Of a stretch of 64,000 nucleotides of DNA, positions 48,075 to 56,700 are shown piece after piece. The translations under genes were made by a program, and so were the position numbers. The stretch covers positions 1,506 through 65,505 of the forward strand of contig JACPVX010000038.1 in assembly GCA_016191555.1 (NCBI GenBank), in the 5' to 3' direction. The notes under the pieces were generated by a model. That model was given only the letters and a program-made list of their open reading frames with translations, was not told the origin of the DNA and did not search any database. This stretch comes from Bacteroidota bacterium (GTDB lineage: Bacteria; Bacteroidota; Bacteroidia; Cytophagales; Cyclobacteriaceae). Within the stretch, counting starts at the first letter, position 1; the number at the start of each line of letters is the position of its first letter.

Positions 48075-48875
48075 TTATTTCAATACTTTTCTGTTTTCTA
48101 TGTCTACTAAAATCTTCATTTGCTGAATGGCGATTTGATTCAATTTTACAAGTCGTTCGTTTTGTGGCATTTTCTCGTTGATAAAAACAGCATTCAGGTT
48201 TTCCATGTTCGATAAACAAATGAGTTGATTGATGTTGGCGTAATCTCTGATGTTCCCTTTTAAATCATGATTGCTTTCCCGCCACTGTTTGGCTGTAATT
48301 CCAAACAAAGCCATATTTAATACATCAGCTTCGCTTGCATAAATGGTTGATGTTTGAGCAGCTGAAAGTTCTTTGGGAATTAGATTGTGTTTAATGGCAT
48401 CGGTATGAATGTGGTAATTGAGTTTTGCCAGTTCCCGTTTGGCCGTCCAGCCCAGTTGTTTTTGCTCATCTTCTTTAAGGCGTTGGAATTCGAGGATCAA
48501 GTAAATTTTGAATTCCGGACTTATCCACATCGCGAACTCTAATGCAATATCCTTGTGAGCATAAGTGCCTCCATATCTTCCCGCTTTTGCTTGTAGGCAA
48601 ATCGCGTTGGTTCTTTCGGCAAACTCCTTTACACTTATTTTGAAATTGTTAAGACCTGACTTGTTTCTAATTGTGGCGAATTCGCCATAATTAAAATCTG
48701 GGTTATTAACCTGCTCCCAAATTCCTATGTATTCCAGCGTGTTCCTATTTCGCAACCAATCCGTAACAAAGAAATCACCATCTTTTGCCTTAATCATATC
48801 GGTAAGACAGATATATTCGGCATCACCAACTTTTACAATTGTAACTTCTGTATTTTTTATAGTGATTTTTGCCAT
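48075..48875 (-). CDS. KilA-N domain-containing DNA-binding protein
   Basis: YICLTDM, WLRNRNTLEY.GIWE, GRYGGTYAHKDIA.EFAMWISPEFK; ATG 48875. Confidence 0.9.
   Translation of the reverse strand: MAKITIKNTEVTIVKVGDAEYICLTDMIKAKDGDFFVTDWLRNRNTLEYIGIWEQVNNPDFNYGEFATIRNKSGLNNFKISVKEFAERTNAICLQAKAGRYGGTYAHKDIALEFAMWISPEFKIYLILEFQRLKEDEQKQLGWTAKRELAKLNYHIHTDAIKHNLIPKELSAAQTSTIYASEADVLNMALFGITAKQWRESNHDLKGNIRDYANINQLICLSNMENLNAVFINEKMPQNERLVKLNQIAIQQMKILVDIENRKVLK
48666..48695. repeat. 30-bp palindrome within the KilA-N coding sequence
   Basis: Minus strand TTTAATTATGGCGAA|TTCGCCACAATTAGA, 13 of 15 pairs. Confidence 0.8.
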
Positions 48876-48954
48876 AGCTACTTCTTTTTGATTTAAGCGG
48901 GGAGGCAAACTTGATTATTTTCTATCCTGATTATTTTTTAACATTGGGTTACAC

Positions 48955-50172
48955 CTATTTTCTCTTGATCCGGGCCATATAAAACCCATCAAATCCGGCC
49001 GAAGGCAGAACACTCTTTTCTTCTTCCAATTCGAAATTTGAATTAGCCTGTAAGAATTTTTTTACCTGCTCTTCATTTTCGGAGGGAAGTAAACTACACG
49101 TGGAGTAAACCAACACGCCACCAGCTTTAATGATGTTGGAATAGTCTTGCAAAATATGCTGTTGCAATTCGCGAACGCGATCAATAAAATCCGGTGTTAG
49201 TTTCCATTTCGCATCCGGATTCCGCTTGAGTACACCCAAACCGGAACAAGGCACATCCAACAAAAGACGATCAGCTGAATTTTCTAAGCGCTTAATGGTT
49301 TTAGAAGATTCGATCACACGAGTTTCAATGTTTCCTACGCCTGCTCTTCGTGCCCGTTTCTTCAACTCAGTCAGCTTCCATTCTTCCGTATCCATCGCAA
49401 TAATTCGCCCCTGATTATTCATCAGCGCAGCTAAATGCAACGCCTTTCCTCCGGCACCAGCACACGCATCGACTACGCGCATTCCGGGTTTTACTTGTAA
49501 GAAAGGAGCAATCAGTTGTGACCCTGCATCTTGCACTTCAAACAAACCATCTTTAAATGCTTGTCGGGTAAAAATATTTTGACGTTGCTCCAACAGCAAT
49601 CCATCGGGAAATTCTACCGGTGCTTCGGTGATAATTTCTTCCTCTTCCAGTTGCTGTTGCAATTCGTGCCGTGAAATCTTTAGTGTGTTCGTACGCAAAA
49701 CCACCGATGCTTCTTCATTCAATGCTTCCAGTTCGGTTGTCCAATTAGTGCCAATCTCACGCTCGCCCAGTTCGTCCATCCAGTCTGGTATCGACTCGCG
49801 TATTTTACGGTCGCCTTTTACTTCTTCATACCGAGCCAAAACTTTCTTTCGATCCACACCTTTCATTTCCTCCCAATCCGGAAATTCAGTTTTATTCCAC
49901 AAGCACCAAACCGCCAATAGCTTCCAATATTCGTTTTCTTCGGCATTTGCCAATTCGCGAAAGAGTCGATACCAGCGCACAATGTCGTAGATAGTTTCCG
50001 CAATAAAGCGTCTGTCGCGGGCACCCCAGCGCGGGTTGCTCTTCAGAATCTTCTCAATTACTTTGTCGGCATACTTCTTTTCGTCAAATATCTCCTGCAA
50101 TCCTGCAATCACCGCTTCACACAAGTTTCTGTAGAGTTTCACCTTTGGCTTTTTTTGTGGAAATTTAACCAC
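48955..50172 (-). CDS. RsmB/NOP family RNA m5C methyltransferase
   Basis: EVQDAGSQ, DACAGAGGK, DVPCSG.G, YSTCS. Confidence 0.92.
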   Translation of the reverse strand: MVKFPQKKPKVKLYRNLCEAVIAGLQEIFDEKKYADKVIEKILKSNPRWGARDRRFIAETIYDIVRWYRLFRELANAEENEYWKLLAVWCLWNKTEFPDWEEMKGVDRKKVLARYEEVKGDRKIRESIPDWMDELGEREIGTNWTTELEALNEEASVVLRTNTLKISRHELQQQLEEEEIITEAPVEFPDGLLLEQRQNIFTRQAFKDGLFEVQDAGSQLIAPFLQVKPGMRVVDACAGAGGKALHLAALMNNQGRIIAMDTEEWKLTELKKRARRAGVGNIETRVIESSKTIKRLENSADRLLLDVPCSGLGVLKRNPDAKWKLTPDFIDRVRELQQHILQDYSNIIKAGGVLVYSTCSLLPSENEEQVKKFLQANSNFELEEEKSVLPSAGFDGFYMARIKRK

Positions 50173-50198
50173 GTTTTATTACAATACCTCACACCCTT

Positions 50199-53018
50199 AT
50201 GAAGTACCTACCCATCATTTTATGCCTCACGGCCATTTCGTATTGCGCTAGCGGACAGGGATGGCTTGAAAAGGCAGTGAAAAAAGCAGTGAAGGAGACT
50301 GTTACCGAATCTTCTGAATCTAAAATGGCAAAACTTGATTCGTTGGATTTCCAGTTTGCCATGTCTATCAACGAAGGATCCAACCTTTTTGAGGTTGAGC
50401 AAAAGGGAGAGAAACTAACAAAAGCTGGATCATTCGCTGTCAGTAGATATATTGACCAAGAAAAAGAAACAACTCCCGCTGATCGTGCTCGAGCGAAGTT
50501 AGATAGTTCTATCTATTTGTACGAATCAAGGATGTTTGATTTTGCTGAAGATGCATTTAATCATTCAAAAAGTTACATGGAAGACAACAGCCTCACGCAA
50601 GGATTAACCTATTTGCGCTGTCTCTCAAGCTTGGGAGTGATGTATATGGTACAAGGCCGCAACGAGGAAGCTCAGAAATTCATTGTACAATCGCTCTCCA
50701 AAAGCGATTCTGTGTTAGGTAAAAAAAGCGCAGGTTACGCTTCCAACCTTAACAGTTTTGCGAAACTTAACCAACTGCTGGGAAAATACAATGAAGCCGA
50801 GCAGCAATTTGATGAAGCCTTACCCATTGTTCAAAAAGTATTTGGTGAGAAGAGCATGCAGTATGCTATTCTGCAAAACAACAAAGCCATGCTCTATCAA
50901 GCCATGGGGCGAAATGCCGATGCATTAGCATTGATGAAGAAGGCAGTGGCGAGTGCCGAGAGTGCACCCAAGAAAGTAACCAACAATTCATTTGATAGCC
51001 GCAAGTTTCAGTTGAATCAGGCATTGATGTATCAACTCAACGGAAACTTGCCCGAGGCAGAAACTGCATTTACCAGCATTAAGAAAGTATTTGAATCTAA
51101 AGGGCAGGTGAACAACCCCGAGTACGCGAGCTTACTAAATCAATTAGGTATGCTTTATATTCAAATGAATAAGCCTGAGCAAGTCGAGCCGCTCTTGAAA
51201 AAATCACTCGATGTCTACAAGCGCAAATTTGGTGAAGAGAATATTTCGTATGCCAAAGTACAAAACGACTTAGGAAATTTTTATCGTATGCAAGCGCGCT
51301 TTGCGGATGCTGAAGTAGCGTTGAAGAAAGCCGTTGACATTCGTAAAAATGTTCTAGGCGAATCGCACCCCGATTACGTCAAGTCAATCGAAAATCTGGG
51401 TATTCTATATTGGAAGAAAGGAGACCTAGTTGCTGCCTACCAGCCTTTGAAGGAAGCTGCAGATAAATCTTTGGATTTTATCAACAACTATTTTCCGCCC
51501 ATGAGCGAGGCGGAGAAAACAAAGTACTGGGATGTTCTCCATCCGCGCTTTCAGCGTTTTTACAATTATGCCATCGAGGCAAGTGCTACCAAGCCGGAAT
51601 TGTTAAAGGTTATTTTTGATTATCAAATCGCCACCAAGGCATTGCTCCTCAGCTCCACCAACAAAATAAAAAAGTCGATTTTGCAAAGTGGAGACAAAGC
51701 ACTGATATCTGAATACACCTCGTGGCTCACGCAGAAGGAAAATCTGTCGCGCTATTATTCTATGTCCAAAGAAGATTTGCAGCAACAGAAGATTGACATT
51801 GCAGAGCTTGAGAAGACAGCCAATGCTACAGAGCGATCTTTATCTAAGAAATCATCCGCGTTTTCACAAGCGTTTGTAGCCGATCGAATCACCCTTCCAC
51901 AAGTGGCTGCCCAGTTGGGTGACCTGGAGGCGTTGGTAGAAATTATTCGCATCCGATCATACGATAAAGATTTTACAGCCGATGCCCGCTATGTGGCATT
52001 GGTCATTTCAAAAGCTTCAACACAACCAAAGATGGTGGTGTTAGAAAATGGTGCACAGTTGGAAACCCGCTACGCCAAATATTATAAAAATGCTATTCAA
52101 CAAAAATTGGCAGACGAGTTTTCGTACGATCAATATTGGGCTAAAATCGAACCGATGTTGGCCGGTAAGAAAACCATTTACCTATCGCCCGATGGCGTTT
52201 ATAATCAGATCAACGTCAATACACTAAAAAAGAAAGATGGCGATTTTGTTCTCAATCGTTTTGAAGTTGTAATCATCGGTAATTCCAAAGATTTGATTTC
52301 GATCAAACAGCGTAAGCCCGTGGTTGCAAAGAAGAATGCATTCATTCTCGGCTTCCCCGATTATGCGGGCGCAGCCGTACCTCTTCCCGGCACCAAAGTA
52401 GAGATTGATGCGATCAATAAAATTTTAACGGTAGCAGGTTTTAAAACTTCGCTTAAGCAAGGCACTGAAGCTTCCGAAACTAATTTCAAAGCTGTGAAAG
52501 GCCCTCAGTTGATGCACATTGCTACACACGGTTATTTCTTAGCCGACTCCGATTTGCAAGGTGGCGATGCACTGGGTGTCAATGGCGAGAGCGCGAAGAA
52601 TAATCCATTGCTTCGCTCTGGGTTGATTTTAGCCGGAGCCAAATCCAAAGAGAATAATGATGTTAACCTCACAACAAATGACAACGGCATCCTCACCGCC
52701 TACGAGGCAATGAATCTGGATTTAGTCGGCACCGATTTGATTGTAATGAGTGCCTGCGAAACTGGCCTCGGTGATGTAAAATCAGGAGAAGGTGTGTATG
52801 GGTTGCAGCGCGCATTTTTAGTAGCTGGTGCCAATGCTATGATCATGAGCTTATGGAAAGTAGACGATGCAGCTACGCAACAACTGATGACCAACTTCTA
52901 TACCAACTGGACAAAATCTGGAAATAAATTAAAGGCATTCAAGCAAGCGCAGCAGCAACTCATGCTCAAATACAAAGAGCCCTACTATTGGGGTGCGTTT
53001 GTCATGATGGGGATGTAA
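50199..53018 (+). CDS. Secreted TPR-CHAT domain protein (caspase-like protease)
   Basis: Signal peptide, TPR repeats, HIATHG and SACETG catalytic motifs, PYYWGAF. Confidence 0.92.
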   Translation: MKYLPIILCLTAISYCASGQGWLEKAVKKAVKETVTESSESKMAKLDSLDFQFAMSINEGSNLFEVEQKGEKLTKAGSFAVSRYIDQEKETTPADRARAKLDSSIYLYESRMFDFAEDAFNHSKSYMEDNSLTQGLTYLRCLSSLGVMYMVQGRNEEAQKFIVQSLSKSDSVLGKKSAGYASNLNSFAKLNQLLGKYNEAEQQFDEALPIVQKVFGEKSMQYAILQNNKAMLYQAMGRNADALALMKKAVASAESAPKKVTNNSFDSRKFQLNQALMYQLNGNLPEAETAFTSIKKVFESKGQVNNPEYASLLNQLGMLYIQMNKPEQVEPLLKKSLDVYKRKFGEENISYAKVQNDLGNFYRMQARFADAEVALKKAVDIRKNVLGESHPDYVKSIENLGILYWKKGDLVAAYQPLKEAADKSLDFINNYFPPMSEAEKTKYWDVLHPRFQRFYNYAIEASATKPELLKVIFDYQIATKALLLSSTNKIKKSILQSGDKALISEYTSWLTQKENLSRYYSMSKEDLQQQKIDIAELEKTANATERSLSKKSSAFSQAFVADRITLPQVAAQLGDLEALVEIIRIRSYDKDFTADARYVALVISKASTQPKMVVLENGAQLETRYAKYYKNAIQQKLADEFSYDQYWAKIEPMLAGKKTIYLSPDGVYNQINVNTLKKKDGDFVLNRFEVVIIGNSKDLISIKQRKPVVAKKNAFILGFPDYAGAAVPLPGTKVEIDAINKILTVAGFKTSLKQGTEASETNFKAVKGPQLMHIATHGYFLADSDLQGGDALGVNGESAKNNPLLRSGLILAGAKSKENNDVNLTTNDNGILTAYEAMNLDLVGTDLIVMSACETGLGDVKSGEGVYGLQRAFLVAGANAMIMSLWKVDDAATQQLMTNFYTNWTKSGNKLKAFKQAQQQLMLKYKEPYYWGAFVMMGM

Positions 53019-53027
53019 TTTTTTGGA

Positions 53028-53086
53028 GGCTAGCCCTCCGAAAATTAATTGAAGGAGGGCTAGTCCTTCGAAAATTTATTGAAGGG
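53028..53086. repeat. Tandem ~30-bp duplication of a self-complementary unit
   Basis: ggctagccctccgaaaattaattgaagg / ggctagtccttcgaaaatttattgaagg. Confidence 0.7.
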
Positions 53087-53195
53087 GCGGCTCGCGGGCT
53101 TTCCGCTACAAGTCCTCGTGTCGGCCATGCTTTCTTTCGAATAGAGGCCGCCATCCCGCCAAAGGCGGGAGGCTTTTCACTTCAATCCCTGCCGC
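53087..53195 (-). ncRNA. Flavo-1-like structured repeat element, copy E
   Basis: Minus strand GCGGCAGGGATTGAAGTGAAAAGCCTC...GAGGACTTGTAGCGGAAAGCCCGCGAGCCGC; nested CCCGCC-ttt-GGCGGG hairpin. Confidence 0.7.
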
Positions 53196-53260
53196 ATGCA
53201 CAGCCCGAAGGTTATCGCTTTCGATCGCCAATCACCTGGAGCAACACTTGATCTGAGTTC

Positions 53261-53665
53261 TTACGAATAAACCCGCAAAGAATTATTCGTCAACTGGGTA
53301 TTGTATTTTCTTAGCGAACTAGTTGCAGGCCCCTTTGTTACGTTTCCGTTGATATCAAATGTGGCGCCATGATTAGGACACACAAATTTGTTTGATTGAT
53401 AGTTCACAGCAGTTCCTTCATGAGTACACGATCGGTAGACAGCCGTAAAATTCCCCACCGATATACGCACAATCAAAATACCTTGATTGGTCAGCGATCC
53501 TCCATCTACCGTTAAGGCAGCATTAGCGGATTGTGAGAGATCAAGCGTGAAATCGATATTGCTCGGTGCCGGATCTAGCGCCTTATTGCCGCAAGACACA
53601 AGGCTACCGCAAGCGCACGCTACCGCACCAACACCAGCTACTTTCAAAAATTCAAATCGGTTCAT
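53261..53665 (-). CDS. Rieske [2Fe-2S] domain lipoprotein
   Basis: CTHEG and CPNHGA ligands, GPA; Tat-like leader with lipobox LVSC. Confidence 0.9.
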   Translation of the reverse strand: MNRFEFLKVAGVGAVACACGSLVSCGNKALDPAPSNIDFTLDLSQSANAALTVDGGSLTNQGILIVRISVGNFTAVYRSCTHEGTAVNYQSNKFVCPNHGATFDINGNVTKGPATSSLRKYNTQLTNNSLRVYS

Positions 53666-53671
53666 ATCGTT

Positions 53672-53701
53672 GTGACGTTAGTATTATTCGCTTAACGTCA
53701 C
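53672..53701. promoter_or_regulatory. 9-bp perfect inverted repeat between the CHAT stop and the Rieske start
   Basis: GTGACGTTA-N12-TAACGTCAC. Confidence 0.5.
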
Positions 53702-53717
53702 TAGGTCTTGCTTATTG

Positions 53718-56700
53718 CTAGTCGAGACCAATCATCATAAATGGTCCCCAATAATAAGGCTCTGGGTATTCCACCCGAAGTTCCTTTTTAGCATCTATAA
53801 AACTTTGACGCATATTGTTGGTGGTAAGCCACTTTTTGTAAAAGTTAAGAATGAGCTTCTGAGTAGCCTCATCGTCTACTTTAAACATACTCATGATAAG
53901 TACTTTGGCGCCAGCTACCAGAAAAGCTCTTTGCAAACCATACACACCTTCACCATTGGCAATTTCTCCTAAACCGGTTTCGCAAGCACTTAGCACCACA
54001 AGATCTGTTTTATCTAAGTTAAGGCTCATGGCTTCATAAGCCGTCAAGATGCCATTTTCAATATTGTAGTTGTAGTTGGTCTTGTCCAAAATATCTCCGG
54101 CACCTTTTAGCAACAATCCGGTTTTCATCAAAGGATTTTCGGTCTGTTGTGCTTCGCTGCTGGTTAGTTCTTCTCCATCTTTCTTTTCAGATGCAGGTTG
54201 CGTAAATCCGTGCGTGGCAATGTGAAAGATTTTAGGGCTCTCCAGTAGCTTAGCCTGATCTTCACTCGCTTCACCTTCCACATACTCGCTGGTTTTCCAG
54301 CCTTTTTGCTTTAAAAGTTGATCTAATTCGTTCACTTCTTTTTCAGTACCGGGGAGCGAAGCAACCCGCTGTGAGTTTGATGCGGTTAGATAAAATGTAG
54401 GATTTCCGAACATAGTAGCCGTGTTGCTCGGCACGCCTCCTTTCGATTTTATCTTTCTCAGATACAAATCTTTTGTGTTGCTTACTAACACGATGTTGGA
54501 GTTGTCAATGACAAATTTTCCATCGGGCGTTGGTATTGCTTCCAAATTAAGTTGATTGTAAACGCCATCCGGAGAAAGATAAATGGAGGTGTTCAGCCCC
54601 AATTCTTTTTGGATTGGCTCCCAGAAAACCTTGTAAGAGAATTTATCTTCTGTTTTGCTGATAATGCTGTTTCTGAAATACTTAAAGAATCGTGTTTCCA
54701 TCCGATAACCTTCGGGTAGTTGAATCGCCTTTGGGCGCGCATTGTCGTTCTTTACGTACAAGGCCACGTACATCACCGAATCGGTAAATGTGTGATTGAA
54801 ATAACGATACCGAACCATCTCAATCGCTACTTCATTTTTGGCAATCGACTTTTGTACATTTTCGTAAGTAATTTTTTTATTCTCAAAGCTCTGACCAAAC
54901 AATTCAGATTTCTCACTCAATGTGCGTTCGAGTTTCTCTACTTCCTGCGTTAATAGATTGGGATCAATTCCATTCAACGTTAGTTGTTCTGTGCTCATGG
55001 AAAGTACATTCGTTAAGAACTCTTTCTTTTGCACCCAATCAGTATAGGTTTGTTTCAAAGCTTCATCTTTGCTATTGAGAATGCGCTCACGAATTTTTAT
55101 AGAAGAACTTAGCAACAGTGCTTTGGTTAGTAATTGATAGTTGTAGACTTTTCCGGTTAGATCTTTGAAATCATCTAGTTGCGAAAAAGCCAGTGTATTA
55201 TAAAATTCAAAATCACCTTTAATGGTATTCCAATATTTTGCCTTTTCTCGCTCGCTCAATGCGGGGAAAAATTGCTTGATGAAGTTTTCATAGTTTGCCA
55301 AAGCTTCTTCAATGTTTTTCTTCGAACGCTTAAAATCTTTTTCCATGTAGTATACTTTCGCTTGTTTCGAAAGAATTTTTACATACTCTGGGTGATTTTT
55401 GTTAAAATATTTATCATAGATGCCTTTGGCCTGAATGTAATACTCTTCAGCTTTTTTGTAATTTTTAATTTGATAGAATACATCGCCTGTCAGCGTAAAG
55501 ATGGCGGCCGCATTGATATTATTCTTCGAACCTGTTTTAGTGCGCCAAATCCCTTCCGCTTGTGTGAGCGATGAGAAAGCCGCATTATATTTCTTAGCAG
55601 CAATATTAATGACTGCTACATTCTTTAAAATGTCAGCGTACTGAGGATTCTCTTTCCCCAAACGGCTACCCATGATCTCCTGCGCTTCGATCATTAGTTT
55701 TTCAACTTTATCAAAAGGCTCGCCTTTATAGAATTTGATCAGCGATAATTGAGCAAGCGATTTAGCTACTTCAATGTGATTGCGTCCAAATTGTTTCTCC
55801 TGACTGGCCATTGCTTTCGTAATGTTGTCATCTGCCCGATCGTAGTCGCCAATGGCATACTCAATATCACCCAGCAATTTTTCGGTACTCGCAGTTTTCG
55901 ATGATTTGGGTCCATAGACAGTTACAGCGATTTGATTTGCACGCTGCGCAATTTTGTCGGCTTCTGTATAGTCTCCCGCAGCCAAAGATATTCGCCCTTT
56001 ATTTACTAACGGTTCGACCAAGCGCAACGAATTCTTTCCGTACAACTTTTCGTATTCTTCAATCAGTTTCTCCAGAAGCTCCTCGGTTTCCGTGTATCGG
56101 CCCAGTTGTATGAAAAGGCTTGATAGTTGTTGTGCCGTACTTAACTCATCAATTCCAACGATGGGTTGATCTGCACGCTTGAAAATCTTTTCTGATTTTT
56201 CTAGTTTGTCTTCAGCTTCATCAAATAAACCCTTGATACCGAGTAGTGTGGCTTGCGTTTCTAATGTGTTGATAATGAAGATTTTTTTATCATCGTCTTT
56301 GCGGAATTTGTCAAGGATTTCAGCTGCCTTGTTCAAGTTATTTTCCGCTTTTTCATACTGTCCTAATTTAATTTGCAAACGTGCAATTTGAGTGAGTTCA
56401 TCAGCAAACAAAAAATCACCATCATCGTATTTGGCGCGTGCTACAAGCCCGGCTTTGTCAAGTGCTTCATTGGCTTCCACATAGCGATCGGTCAACTCAT
56501 AGAGATGAGCCAAATGATTCAGGATGTCCAAATGATCTTTATGCCAGGCACCAATTTCTTTCGATACTACGTTCTCAAAACTTTCCTTATAGATTTTGGC
56601 TGCGTCAGCAATTTTATTGGAATAATCCAGATAATAATTGGCCAACTTTATTCTGGCCAGATGTGTTTCAGGTGCTTCATCTCCGAAGAGATCTGCTTTA

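Noticed and set aside
5107-53195. Dispersed elements or short tandem repeats as a CRISPR array or IS ends
   Set aside because: No regular repeat-spacer period, and no cas or transposase ORF in the window
52988-53251. 87-aa ORF after the first CHAT gene
   Set aside because: Made up of the tandem repeat and element copy E; contains the same element-derived peptides (GLSATSP, FSLQSL)
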